Part shown: positions 1-12,600 of the stretch, in pieces
Position numbering within the stretch: the first letter of the stretch is position 1
Layout: each line of letters starts with the position of its first letter
DNA from: a virus
IMG/VR virus record: IMGVR_UViG_3300048839_001082
Span: 17,523-81,522 of that record
Reading direction: 5' to 3' (one strand)
DNA length: 64,000 nucleotides
The notes under the pieces: generated by a model
Database searches by the model: none
The model's input: only the letters and a program-made list of their open reading frames with translations
Told to the model about the DNA's origin: nothing
Translations under genes and position numbers: made by a program

Positions 1-1
1 C

Positions 2-3000
2 AGATACAATCCTAATTTCCGCTTCAGAACAGACGCTGCCACCAAAGAACTTTTAGATCTCGCTAAGAATGCTGAAGACTCTGTAGTATTCACTAATGAA
101 GCAATAGAAACTGCTTTAGGTGAAGCTCGTATAAAATTAGAAAGAATTGATGCATTAGTGCGTGAGCAAGAAACTACCATGTTTGGTAGTTATAAACCTT
201 TAGAAATGACCGGAAGACAAGGCGAGTACAATCAGACTTTATTGAATGGTTTTAACAGTGCCAGAGATGAAGCACTGCAACGCGTCAGAGAAAAGTTAGC
301 TTTCGATAGAGAAGAAAAGGCTATAAGAAAATTTAATAAACAGCTTAATGAAGTCGAAACCGTTGCTAAGAATATATTAAAGCTTGAGTTTGATGTTGAG
401 GATATATTTGCATTTGATCAACACAGCTTCAACAATATGGTCAGAATAACGACTGAAGTTGATGCATTGGGCAAGGCACTTATTAAGACATCAGATATTG
501 CCAGTAGAAATGCAATAATTTTAAAGATTAAAGAACAACGTGATCAATTTGTATATGAGCAATCTGAAGCAAGACTTGCGGAACCTGTTTATAATCAATC
601 CAGATTGCCTGAGTTCATGTCGGAAGCAGGCATGCAAATGTCACCCGAATTTGCGAATTCACTCAGTGACTTTAATGCAGGAATTATTGCAAAGATAGCT
701 ACAGACTTATCAAATAAAATAAAGAAAAGCAAGTTAAAAGTTCCGGGCAGTCCGGAGTATACAGTTCTTGCGGAAGAAATTAGAGCTGACCAAGACGCGA
801 ATGCAAGGTTCATTGCTGATTTGGCTAAATCCAATCAAGAGACCTTTTTCTATGTAAAAGATCTTGCGGGTAAATATGAAGTAGACTTCCCTGGGCTAAT
901 GAAGAAATACGGACTTTCCGGGGCAAAGACTTTATTATCGAAATTGGCGGATAAAGAACAAGCACGTAGTGATGCCATTGCCAAGGGTGATATAGGTATT
1001 CTACCTGGAATTGATAACGATATTGCCAGATTTAAAGAAACACTTGCTGAAATTCCTTTGGATGTGCAAACAATGCTTTCGACGATTGGAAATGTCGGCG
1101 TTTCGATTGACATCAATGATTTGTTTAATGCGCCTGAGCTTTTAGCAACACTTACAGAAGTTGCTAATAGACTAAGAGAAATTGATAAAGATTTTAAATT
1201 TAAAGGACCGACCCTTACTTCCGAAGGCCTTGATTCAATATTGATTCGTCAACAAGCTCAACAGAGAGCGGCTTTTGCGTCTTCTTTAAAGACGATTGAC
1301 AATACACCTCAAAAATTGGGGACTTTGCTTTCAAATTACGGAGCGGATACTTCTAAAGATATTTCGGCATTAACAGAAAGCACTCGTAATTATATTGTGG
1401 AACTTGAGCGTGTTAAAACCACTATTGAATTTTTGAGAAAGTCTAGACAAAGCCCTGCAGATACCGAAGCACTTTTTCAGATGGACACACTATTTAATCG
1501 ATTGACAGAAAGCTTTAAAAATCGTTTAAAGAAAGTGGGCGAAGTATTCGGTGAAGTGAATTCTACACTTAATTTAGAACTTACGGAATCGCAATTCTTT
1601 GGATTTTCTAAAGCTGCTCGTAAAACATTATCAGATTACGCTAACTATTTTGCCAGAGGAATTGAGGCTATTAGAGACTCATTTGATGGCAAAGACATGT
1701 TCGGTACAAGTGCTGAAGACTTCTATAAGAAATATAAAGCTGTTTTAAAGAAGTTAGAATTCATTAAAGTGGTGGAAACATCGCTGGAATCTATTTCTGA
1801 TGTCGTGACCGACGGTCTGGGTGCACAGTTTTCCAAGTTAAGCTCAGCCATGGGCGATCTTCAAATTGATAAGTCAAGCTTCGCCACATTGCCTTCAGAA
1901 CTTCGTGAAAGTTCGACTAAGAGTGCTCTCGCCGTTAATGCATTATCTGGTTTGAATGATTTATCAGGTTTATCTGAAGAGCAACGTGCTTTGATAAATA
2001 CATTGTCACCGGATGGCTCTAATGCAGAATCTATTTTAAATCAAATTGTTGAAGAATTACGTCGTTCCAATTTGACAGAATTGGATCCTCAGATAGCTGA
2101 ATTTTTGAAGAGTCAGTCTGAATTCCCGCGATCACAATTAGACGCCACCAATAACTTATCGTCCGCAATATGGACATTAAAAGATACTATTGATGCATTG
2201 ATTTTGAAATTTCCGATGGCAGTTCCGAAGTTTGCTTCAGGTGGTTCAATTAAAGGTCCCGGAAGCGGTATTTCAGATTCTATACCGGCATGGCTTTCCA
2301 ATGGTGAGTTTGTCGTAAATGCCAAGCAAACCAAAAAGCATCGCGGTCTTGTCGAAGCAATAAATAAAGATAGACTTCCTAGATTTGCTGATGGTGGGTA
2401 CTTCGGGAATCCCCTTCACATGATCGATAGTCTTGACGATACGATTAATGTGGATGAATTGCTGAAAGTCTATCCTAAGTTTCAAGATATTCTAAATTTA
2501 AAAGAAAATACTTCTGCTGAATTGGTTAAGAGATTTGGAAATAATTTAGATCTTAATAATTTGAATCCAAAAGCGTTTCTTGAGTTTCGAAAGATTTCAG
2601 ACAGTTACGCAGAATCTCTTGCGAATTTGTTAAATTTGGATTTAAATTTAACTGATGATCTAGACGTTTTTAGATTTGAACCTGATTTAAAATTAGGTTC
2701 GGAGCAAGTCAGAAAGTCATTTATAAATTTACCTGAACTTGGTGCAAAATACGCTGACTTTCCAAACAAGACCGCAGCGGAAGCAATCAGATACCATGAG
2801 TTTGGGCATGCAATTGCATTTAAATCTCGCAATCTTCCAATAGATCTCGGGCCTGATGTCGACCCTGGTTTAACAGCCGCAATGTTTAGAAGAGTAAAGG
2901 TTCCAATAACGGAATCTGGAAATCTTGTATTAAAAGATTTTCTCGGAACTCCCTTATCTTCGATAAGCATGGAAGATGCAATTAAACAATTTAATTTGCC

Positions 3001-5140
3001 GGATGCGCTATTAGAAAGGTATAAGAAGACTTCTCCTATTTTATTTGATGAAGTGGAAGCTTGGCGAATAGGTGATTTGATATCTCCTTTAAAATTGAAT
3101 ACAAAACCTTTCGAAAGAGCAGCTTTAGGGACATATTCAAATCCCGGACTTACTCAAACATTTGTTAGAATGCAATATGCGGATGAATTGAAATCATTAT
3201 CTTTTAAAGAAACTCCGACACATTCTGCGTTGGTATTAAAAGAAGCGACAGCAGCATTATCAAACCCCCTGGATGTAGACGCTTATCTTGCTAGAGTGAA
3301 TGCTTTTCCAGACTTTGCAACGCTTAAAGAGAATACGCCAGATGCGCTTCAAAAAGATCTTTTAATTTATAAAAGAATGTTTGATGAAAAGGCTAGCCAA
3401 ACATTAATGGGAAAAGCTACGCTTCCCCAGAAAGCTAAAGCTTTTGCAGAACTTTCCAAGAGTGTTCTAAAGAATGCTGCAAAGAATAGTATTGCTCTCA
3501 TAAAGAATCCTAATTTTGTTCCCAGTTTGATCGGTGGTGTTGCCGTTGAAGAACTATTAAGGAGAACGCTACCTATTGAAGACCATTTCATAGGTCTTGC
3601 AGACCAAATGGAAGGAACCTTACCGATAGAAATGAGAGGTGTGATAGCAGCATACGGCGCATTTGCGCAATCGTTGTTAGGACTCGTGGTAGGAAACTTA
3701 GTCGGTGATAAAATTTTTGGTGCTAAGAGACTCTTTAAAGTGTTTTCCAAAAATACATTTGCGAATGGAGGCTCAGTAAAAGGCCCCGGTGGCCCTGTTG
3801 AAGACAAAATTCCTGCATTTCTCTCCAATGGTGAATTTGTCGTAAACGCGGCCAGTACAAAGAAGCACAGAGCTCTTCTGGAACGTATCAATTCAGCTAA
3901 AGGTTACAAGCTCGGCGGTCCTGTCGGTGACAATCAAGATGTGATTGAACGCGCCCTTAGAGGGATTCAATATGGACAAATTGACGCTCTTCAAGGTGTC
4001 AGAAAGTTGAGAGCGCAAGCTTCTATACTCGATATCAATTTGAATCCATTGCAATTTGAAGTGCTCGATCAAAAGAAACGTGAAGAATTTAGAAGTCTTT
4101 TAGAAAATGCTTTCCGAGCAAGAATCGAAGCTTTAGATGCAAAGACTCCTGAACTTGCGGCTGCCGCTCACAGAGCTTTAACGAATGTCGATGAATTCAT
4201 GGATAAATACATGACACGATTCGCTGATCCTGCAAAAGAAGCTGGAGCTAATTTTGCCAGAGATTCAGAAGAAAACTTCCAATCGGGCTTAGCTGATTTA
4301 CTCAAGGGGAATACCGCAGAAGGTAAGTCAATTGGTAAGACATTTGCTGATAATTTTCTTGATCAATTCACGAATAGCGTTATAAATACATTCGCTAAGG
4401 GAATTACTGATCAACTTTTTGGAAAAGATTCGCCTATAACAGAAGTGTTAAAAGAAGCGGGAACAGGCATTTTTGGTGTGTTGAAAAAGAGTTTTTTCAA
4501 GAATAAAGAAGAAATTCCAACCGGTGCGCCTTTGACCGCGACATCCGGTACACTTTCGCCATTGATAGCCTCTGAAGGTAGTCCTTTATTGTCTGAAACG
4601 ATTAATCCTTTTGAAAGCTTAGAATCGTTAACGGAAGACTTCAAAGTCTGGTTTGATGGTTTCGATGCGACATTAACGGATGGTCTAAAAAGTATCGAAT
4701 CTATTGATCTGAGTACGCCACTGGCAGGATTGGGCAAGTTATTATCAGACAACCTAGATGAAGCTATCAATATGTTCATAAAGTTTACTGGTGGTTTTGC
4801 TTCCGGTGGTTTTGTCAGTGGACCGGGCACGAGTACTTCTGATTCTATTCCCGCAATGTTATCTGCGGGTGAATTTGTTGTAAATGCAGCATCTGTCAAA
4901 AAATTCGGCCCATTACTTGAATCTATTAATTCAGGACGTCCTCGTAATTTTTCTGGAGGCGGTCTTGTGGCACCTTCGCCATTAGCTGAAAGACCTGTTT
5001 CAGTCGGTGGGCAGCAAATCATAAACCTTAATATAACTGGTGATATTAGCCGACAAACAAGAAGTGAGATTTACGCAATGATCCCACAAATAGCCGGCGG
5101 AGTTAATTTACACAACAGAGAGAAAGGTTTAAAGGTATAA
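2..5140 (+). CDS. Tail tape measure protein, 5'-partial
   Basis: Frame is open from position 2. Long helical protein just upstream of the tail genes, with three copies of the TMP C-terminal motif FAxGGxVxGPG...DxIPAxLSxGEFVVNA (starting 2231, 3758, 4796). Confidence 0.85.
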   Translation, partial: RYNPNFRFRTDAATKELLDLAKNAEDSVVFTNEAIETALGEARIKLERIDALVREQETTMFGSYKPLEMTGRQGEYNQTLLNGFNSARDEALQRVREKLAFDREEKAIRKFNKQLNEVETVAKNILKLEFDVEDIFAFDQHSFNNMVRITTEVDALGKALIKTSDIASRNAIILKIKEQRDQFVYEQSEARLAEPVYNQSRLPEFMSEAGMQMSPEFANSLSDFNAGIIAKIATDLSNKIKKSKLKVPGSPEYTVLAEEIRADQDANARFIADLAKSNQETFFYVKDLAGKYEVDFPGLMKKYGLSGAKTLLSKLADKEQARSDAIAKGDIGILPGIDNDIARFKETLAEIPLDVQTMLSTIGNVGVSIDINDLFNAPELLATLTEVANRLREIDKDFKFKGPTLTSEGLDSILIRQQAQQRAAFASSLKTIDNTPQKLGTLLSNYGADTSKDISALTESTRNYIVELERVKTTIEFLRKSRQSPADTEALFQMDTLFNRLTESFKNRLKKVGEVFGEVNSTLNLELTESQFFGFSKAARKTLSDYANYFARGIEAIRDSFDGKDMFGTSAEDFYKKYKAVLKKLEFIKVVETSLESISDVVTDGLGAQFSKLSSAMGDLQIDKSSFATLPSELRESSTKSALAVNALSGLNDLSGLSEEQRALINTLSPDGSNAESILNQIVEELRRSNLTELDPQIAEFLKSQSEFPRSQLDATNNLSSAIWTLKDTIDALILKFPMAVPKFASGGSIKGPGSGISDSIPAWLSNGEFVVNAKQTKKHRGLVEAINKDRLPRFADGGYFGNPLHMIDSLDDTINVDELLKVYPKFQDILNLKENTSAELVKRFGNNLDLNNLNPKAFLEFRKISDSYAESLANLLNLDLNLTDDLDVFRFEPDLKLGSEQVRKSFINLPELGAKYADFPNKTAAEAIRYHEFGHAIAFKSRNLPIDLGPDVDPGLTAAMFRRVKVPITESGNLVLKDFLGTPLSSISMEDAIKQFNLPDALLERYKKTSPILFDEVEAWRIGDLISPLKLNTKPFERAALGTYSNPGLTQTFVRMQYADELKSLSFKETPTHSALVLKEATAALSNPLDVDAYLARVNAFPDFATLKENTPDALQKDLLIYKRMFDEKASQTLMGKATLPQKAKAFAELSKSVLKNAAKNSIALIKNPNFVPSLIGGVAVEELLRRTLPIEDHFIGLADQMEGTLPIEMRGVIAAYGAFAQSLLGLVVGNLVGDKIFGAKRLFKVFSKNTFANGGSVKGPGGPVEDKIPAFLSNGEFVVNAASTKKHRALLERINSAKGYKLGGPVGDNQDVIERALRGIQYGQIDALQGVRKLRAQASILDINLNPLQFEVLDQKKREEFRSLLENAFRARIEALDAKTPELAAAAHRALTNVDEFMDKYMTRFADPAKEAGANFARDSEENFQSGLADLLKGNTAEGKSIGKTFADNFLDQFTNSVINTFAKGITDQLFGKDSPITEVLKEAGTGIFGVLKKSFFKNKEEIPTGAPLTATSGTLSPLIASEGSPLLSETINPFESLESLTEDFKVWFDGFDATLTDGLKSIESIDLSTPLAGLGKLLSDNLDEAINMFIKFTGGFASGGFVSGPGTSTSDSIPAMLSAGEFVVNAASVKKFGPLLESINSGRPRNFSGGGLVAPSPLAERPVSVGGQQIINLNITGDISRQTRSEIYAMIPQIAGGVNLHNREKGLKV

Positions 5141-5141
5141 T

Positions 5142-5738
5142 ATGTACGGCATCCTCAATGGCACTACAGTCATTGCTAAATTCGTGGCACCTTTGTCAGT
5201 GAAAAGCAATGTACCGGTATTCGTGTCGGATGCCCTTTCATTAAAGAGAACAGTAACTAAAAGAAATGCTCAACGTTGGGAGATCTCAACGAATCTTGAG
5301 CCGTTATCTGTTGGTGCGAATGATTTATTCGCACTACTCGTTAATAAAGGTGCATCTGAAGTATTGACTATTCAAATGCCTCAAAATTATGGGGTTATTA
5401 AGAAAAGAGTATCCACAGCCTCTCCTAATGTTGATGGGCTATTGGGTGCTACAAACGTAAATGTTTCTCTAAACAATGGATTGATCCCTGCAGGTACTTT
5501 TATTAGATTTTCGAATCACAGTAAAATTTATATGGTGACTGCTGATTTCAATCAAACCGCAGGAATAATGAGTATTTTTCCTGGACTACTGATTGCTGTG
5601 CCGCCGGGTCAAATATTTAAACATCAGGACGATGTTGAAATGTTGTGCAGATTTGATACCGATGTTGTTATTGGCATGCAATACACAGACGGCATTCTAA
5701 TGGATGTCGGCACAGTGAATTTAATAGAGGCACTATGA
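5142..5738 (+). CDS. Minor tail protein (distal tail-like)
   Basis: Directly after the TMP and tightly coupled; beta-rich composition; call rests on synteny. Confidence 0.6.
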   Translation: MYGILNGTTVIAKFVAPLSVKSNVPVFVSDALSLKRTVTKRNAQRWEISTNLEPLSVGANDLFALLVNKGASEVLTIQMPQNYGVIKKRVSTASPNVDGLLGATNVNVSLNNGLIPAGTFIRFSNHSKIYMVTADFNQTAGIMSIFPGLLIAVPPGQIFKHQDDVEMLCRFDTDVVIGMQYTDGILMDVGTVNLIEAL

Positions 5739-6304
5739 TTAAAATATCTACAGGGCTTTCTGATTTACTGTTAGAGCAAACTGTTGAGTCTTTCTTTCTT
5801 GTGGATCTGAATAATGGTTTTAGAAAGACATCAAATGCATTTAATATAACCTATAACGGTAATTTATATATTGCTGATGGAACTCTTTTGACTGTGGAAC
5901 CTCCTCAAATGTCTTCGATCGTTGATCGTCAAGCTTTTAAAATTGTTATGTCCGATGTGAATATGGAAATGGGTGTGTTGGCGGAAGCCGGAATGTTAGG
6001 TACGCCTGTAAATGTATATATGGGTTTTATCAACATTGGAACAGATCAACCCCATACTGAGCTTGATAAATTTTTAACGATTTATAGCGGTCATATCGAT
6101 GGTGTTAGTTATCGCTATGATACTTCACTAATCGGAGAAAGAGCCTTTATATTGACATGCACAACACCAATGAGTGATTTAGATCTAAAGAAACCGATAT
6201 ATACCAGTCAAGACTATCTTGACAAAAATTATCCCGGCGATACCTCGTATCAACAGATATACGAGGGTTCCGGCCCGATTGAATTAAGATGGGGTAAGAT
6301 ATAA
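5735..6304 (+). CDS. Minor tail / tail-tip assembly protein
   Basis: Overlapping start; C-terminal Q...YPGD...ELRWG pattern typical of siphophage tip proteins; synteny. Confidence 0.6.
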   Translation: MIKISTGLSDLLLEQTVESFFLVDLNNGFRKTSNAFNITYNGNLYIADGTLLTVEPPQMSSIVDRQAFKIVMSDVNMEMGVLAEAGMLGTPVNVYMGFINIGTDQPHTELDKFLTIYSGHIDGVSYRYDTSLIGERAFILTCTTPMSDLDLKKPIYTSQDYLDKNYPGDTSYQQIYEGSGPIELRWGKI

Positions 6305-6675
6305 TGGTAGCTCCAGTAGTATTGTTTTGGATTAATGTAGCAGTTACAGCAGCTTCAATGGCTTATCAAGCAGATAAGGCACACAAGGCCAGAAAGAAAG
6401 CCAGAGAAGCAGCTGAAGCTCGTAAAGGTTTTGATGTGGTGGTTGAAGGTGAAGTGATGCGTCTTCCTATTGTATATGGAAGAGCTAAAGTAGGTGGTGT
6501 TCGCGTATTCCATGGCACTAAAAATAGTTTTGAATATGTAGAGCCTAATAGTGATCCTGCTTCGCGATTTCTAACTGGAACTCCTGATACTACTGCTCAG
6601 CAATGGACAGGATGGTCTGATAATGGCGGGAGTCCTGGTAATGGCGGTGGTATCGGTGACACCGGTGGTGGATAA
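6304..6675 (+). CDS. N-terminal segment of tail tip (gpJ-like) protein, encoded as a separate ORF
   Basis: LPIVYGRAKVGGVRVF motif normally found at the start of tail hub/gpJ-like proteins; ends in a Gly-rich tail. Confidence 0.65.
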   Translation: MVAPVVLFWINVAVTAASMAYQADKAHKARKKAREAAEARKGFDVVVEGEVMRLPIVYGRAKVGGVRVFHGTKNSFEYVEPNSDPASRFLTGTPDTTAQQWTGWSDNGGSPGNGGGIGDTGGG

Positions 6676-6691
6676 TTTATAAGGAACAATC

Positions 6692-9600
6692 ATGCCCGGT
6701 GGAAATCCATATGAAGATTATGCAGCATCAGTTGATGCACAATCCGCTGCCGAAGCTGCGGTAGTCCCTGAACAATATAATACAGTAACAATTCCCGGAA
6801 CGGTTTTAAATAAAACTGTTGAAGGTGAAAAGAATGAGTTTTTATTTATTCAACAAGCATTATGTGTAGGACCAATTCAAGGTGTTTATGATGTGTTAAT
6901 TGATGATGGTTTAGGGCTTACTGAACCTTCACTAGGTGCTGCAGGTTATGAAGATTTAGATGCAAAACCACTTTACCAAAGTGCGGCAATGCGTTTTGAT
7001 ATTCATAATGGAAATGGTGAAGAAGCTGATAATATCTTAGTAAAGAATTTTCCATCTAGATACTCAGCTAAATTTCCAAATACTGCGAATGCTTCTATCT
7101 GTGTTAAGCTAGATAGAGAAAATCCGCAATTCAATGGCGTGCCCAATGCGCAATTTTTCATCGAAGGTAAATTAGTAAGAGATATTACAAGGTCAGGCTC
7201 AGTTGGTGCTTATACTTACGCACTCACTGGTTTTGTTTACAGTAACAATTCCGCACTTTGTTTATTAGATTATCTTTTGTTATCGGAAGGTGGAAAAGGA
7301 CTTTCAGCTTCACAGATTGATCTTGAAAGTTTTTATGATGCCAGAATTTTATGTGACACACCCGTATTAGATAATGCTTTAATTGGTGGACGTATTTGGA
7401 GACCTGAATCTGGCAGAAGAAGTGTTTCACAACGAAACCTTCCACTCTATGAATGTAATATTGTAATAGACACTGAAAAGACAATCCGTGAAAATGTCGA
7501 AGCAATTCTTAACACAATGGGAGACGCTCGACTCGTGTGGAGTCAGTCTAAATATAAACTGGTAGTGGCCTACCCTGATTCAAATGCAGCGATTCCATAC
7601 AGCGGTGAAATCACGGATGATGAATTGGTGCTCGGAGAGCCTATTGATATTTCTTGGCCAACTTCCTCAGAACGCCTTAATTTTTGTACAGTTCGGTTCA
7701 GAAATGAATCGATGGATTTTAAAGAGGATTCTGTTTCATGGCCTCCGAAACAATCAGGTACGTACCTCAGAGGAATTGGAGCATATTCTTACCCGATAGT
7801 TACAGGTTGGCCTTTGGGTGAAACTACCAGTGTGTTCATGAATGCGAATGCTGTTTGGACGGGCGGGACAGATAATACATTTGTTTGGAAGTTCGCAGTA
7901 AAGAATTCAGGTGCGCATACTTTAGACATTGCAGTTGATGATGATGGTTTACTCAATGTCAGAAGGAATGGTATTTTAGAAAGCAACGCCACGAATGTCG
8001 GTACTGGTAATAACTGGCGAAACTTCGTAACTCGCAGTTTTAATTGGGTTGAAGATGATATTATTGAAGTTACGATTCTCGCTAACAATTACCAAGGGCG
8101 TATTGCCGGTGTCGCTGGTAGAGTTCTGAATGTTGCCCTTCAAGCTCAGATATGGACCACGAGGTCACCTGCTTATACTGATTTTGTTACAGTTAACCAA
8201 GATAAAACAGTTTATGATGAATTTTTAACTGAAGATAATAATATTCTTCTTGAAGCAGATATCTTCGCGGACGGTATTTCAGATTATTACCATGCTTTGG
8301 CGAAAGCTGAGGAAATGGTTAGAACAAGCAGAAGCGCATTTATTATTGAATTCACTTACAAAATTAAAGATAGATATTACGAACCGGGTGACTTCGTTAA
8401 ATTGACCAGTTCTACTTTGAATTTTGATGAATTGCCTTTAAAGACCGATGAGATTAAATCAAAAGACGATTTCACGGCTACTGTGAAGGCTACCAGATTT
8501 GACTATACTCAGTTAGCTTGGAATGTAAATGATAATGAATACATTGCTCCGAAAGCTGCCTACGATTTTCTTTTAAATGCTCCGAGTGAAGTCGTTTTGG
8601 ATCGTGAAATAATCTCTAACTTACAATCTTCAGGAACAGTTCGGTGGAAATCAACAGGTGATTCTAAGATAATTGGGTATATTGTTTATGTAAATAAAGG
8701 TGGTGATAACGATGCAAATGGTTATCCTTTGTTTACTGAAGTGGGCAGAACTGGAATAAGTGAAGAATTCGAACTTCCAACCCTAGGCTATATGTATGGC
8801 GGTGTGGGTGTTAAAGCAATTTCTAATACATCCAGTTCAAAAATGACGGTTAACGCACAAGTCATTTTTAATAATCGTAAAATTGCATTGACAAGCAGCG
8901 ATACACAGTTTATTAGAAGAGGTCCTGTTGATGAACCTAGTACAATAACACTGACAGCACACATTGCCGGATATGTGAATCCAGTGATCCATTGGTACAA
9001 GAACGATGTGCTTTTGCCTGACTCTTCAACAACACTTGTTATTTCTTCAGATCCTGATGGTCTAAGTGTTGTTTATAGATTAACAGTTGAAGAATCAGAA
9101 TTTGTTTGGAATGGTGAACACAGAACAGCTCTCTATAGTACAATTACCATAGCCACACTGTCTGTCGGAAATGCGGCATTTACGGACTACATATTTAGAC
9201 GTGCTTTAACTATGCCGGCAACACCTACAGAACAAGGGATGCCGGCAGGGTGGTACGACACGCCTCCCACACCAAATGGAAATCCATTATGGGTAACGTG
9301 GGCTGAAAAAGATTCTGATGGTTTCCTGATCACATCTTGGGTCACTCCCGTGAATATTGAATCGGGTGATATTCATGTTCAATATAGTAAAGATGGTATT
9401 GCTGATTGGCATGATGTATTTGCTCCCGGCGATCTTTTCATTCATTACAATGTGAATGGAGGGGCTTGGTCAGCAGCGATACAAATTTCTTTTGAAGGTA
9501 TTGATTATTTAACAACTCATTTCATATTCACACGTTCCTTACTTGACCCTCCAGCTCTTGATAATACCGCAGATGAGCCTGTCGGATGGCTTGATGCGCC

Positions 9601-12600
9601 TCCAACAAACACGTTATTAGGTCCGCTGTGGTTTAGCACCGGCCAACGTTATAAAAATGGTCAGCTGAATAATGTGTGGAGTCCTCCCGTCAAATTAGAA
9701 GGCGAGGGTGTTATAGCTGAATACAGTGTTACTGGATTACCTGGCACATGGCACTCTGTATTTGCTGAAGGTGATCTTTATGGTCGTTACAAAGTTGGTG
9801 ATGGTGACTGGTCAATTGCGGCAAGAATCGTTGCGGAAAATGGAACTTATGTTAGCTATATCTTTAAAAGATCAGCTACAGATATAAGTGGAACACGACC
9901 CACGGGAAATGATCCCACATCAAATCAGGGATGGTTTGATGCGCCTCCAGCGGCTAATGTTAATGGTGATCCACTCTGGGCAAGTTTTGCTAATAAAACA
10001 CTTGATGATGTTGTGATTGGGCTTTGGAGTTTCCCGGTACAGCTTGAAGGTGGTGCTTTTAAGATAGAATATAGTGATGATGGTTTGGGAGATTGGAATG
10101 CTACTTTCAATGGGACCACACATAAATGGGCTCGCGTAAGTCAAGATAATGGTGCTCACTGGTCACCTTCATATAAAATAGTTGGTGAAGATGGAACATC
10201 TTTTGTACTCAAAGGTACAAAGGCAACTGTGGGTGATCTGCCAGCTTCCGGAAATGCAGTGGGTGATATTTGGATTGTGACCGCGGACGGGAATGGTTAT
10301 GCATGGGATGGTGATTCTTGGAATAATGTAGGCTCAATTCAAGGACCTGAGGGGGCTGCCGGTAAATATTCCACATTTGTGTTTAAACGAGCACCGGCAA
10401 CACCGGTACCGACAACACCTACAGGGAACGATCCGACCGCACAAGGCTGGCTTGATTCCCCTCCAGCTGCGGATAACGGAAAGCCATTATGGGTCTCAAC
10501 GACTTACAAAACAGCCGCGGGTGTATTGATCTCTCCGGGCTGGACCACTCCGGTACAATTGGAAGGTTCCGCCGTAAAGGTTCAATATAGTGATGATGCT
10601 GCTGGTACCAATGGATGGTTTGATACTTTCAATGGCACTACTCACAAATGGGCACACTACTCAACGGATGGTGGTTTCAATTGGTCGGCTTCAATAAAGA
10701 TTGTCGGTGAGGACGGTGCTGACGCTATTTACGTTGATTTGACATCTGAATCGGATGTTACTGCAGCGGAGGCTGACGGCACCGGGTACGTACTCCCTTC
10801 AAGCAATCAATTAAAATTGTATGTTGGCGGTGTACATACAACAGTTGGTGTTACTTACGGTGGTAATGGGACTGTATCGGGCCTTACGGCAAGCATTAAT
10901 ACTTCAGGTGTGATCACATTCTCAGGTGCAAGTTGGACTTCAGATACGGTGGAATTCACGTTCACCGCGACACTCAATTCTATCAGTTATTCAGCCAAAT
11001 ACACTTACGCAAAATCAAGAAAAGGTTCCGATAGTATTTTTCCGGATCTTTTATCTGAAGCGGATGTCATTTCAGCAAATTTATCGGGAGTTTTGACAGC
11101 TTCTTTGCCGACGGGAAATAAATTCAATTTGCATAAGGGTGGTTTTATAATCCCATCAGCGCAAGTTGTCTTCGGCGGTAGTACTACGAGAAATGGATTG
11201 ACATTAAATATTGGTGCTTCAACTGGAGTTATTACACTCACTCAAAATCCCACTTGGACAAGTCTTTCTGAATCCTTTGTGTTAACTGCTACATATGGCC
11301 CTCCAGGTTCTGAAGTTGTGTACAGTAAAATTTACACCATATCTAAAGCACAACAAGGTGCGACGGGTGATGCCGGATCGAAAGGTGATACCGGTGAGCA
11401 GGGTGCACCGACCTATACATGGGTTGCTTATGCTAATGACGCTAATGGCACTACGCTCTTTTCGACGACAGACCCCGTCGGTCGTGCATATATTGGTCTA
11501 GCTTTCAATCAGTTAACACCGACACCTGAAGCATGGCCTGGATATTATACATGGTCTTTAATCAAAGGCGAACAAGGTATTCCGGGTGTCGGTATTCAAG
11601 GACCTCCTAGCTATACTTGGATAGCTTATGCAAATAACGCTACAGGCTTAAATTTCAATACAGGAGCTTGGACTAACGAAACTTATATCGGTATTGCTGT
11701 AAACAAATCAACTGCGGATGAATCCGGAAGTGTTTGGTCGGATTATGTGTGGTCAAAAATTCAAGGTTCGAAAGGTGATACTGGGAATCCTGGTCAACGC
11801 ACCATAATTTTGACCTGTTATAAATGGTATATGAGCGCACCCGCAGTCAATGATTATACACAGGTTGTGACTTATACATGGGCAGGCGGGCCTATAAGCT
11901 ATCCAGGTGGTACTATTGCATGGGCGACAGCTGCTCCCGCAAATACCTTGGGGGAAGGCGCATCATTATATCAATTAGAATTACATATAACAGACTTAAC
12001 GGGTATTTCGACTCAAACAGTTTCCAATTGGTCCGCGGCAAAACTAAATGTAATTGGATATACACCCGCAGGTATTGTTGGTGCCAATGGGCAATCCGCA
12101 AGAAAAGCCTACAAAGTTACTACCATACTTTCTCCAGCGCCAAGCGTTACTGCAGGAGTGGGAGATGCAGCTCCGACGGGAGGATGGTCGTTTATTGCCA
12201 CAACAACACTTGCTTCGTATGAATATCAATTCACTGTGGATGGCATTCTAACTCCCGGTGGTAATATTACATGGGGAAATCCTTATTTAGCTTCATGGAA
12301 AGTTGGTAATTTACAAGCTATAGCCGTCGATACAGGTGCTCTTAATGTTTCATTAGGGATGACGATTTCTGATACAGGGAGCATTGCGTCATCAGGTGCT
12401 ACTGCTTTTGGAACAGGTGTTGGTATCTGGCAAGGTTATGAAGCAGGTCAATACAAAGCCAGATGGGGAAATCCCACAGGCGCTAGAGTGCAATGGACAG
12501 GTACCAACTTTCAAGTTTATAATACAAACAATCAACTTGTGTTGAGTGCGGGTGGAGCGGTGTGGGATTATGTTACAGGGACGGGCAAACCCGCGAACAA

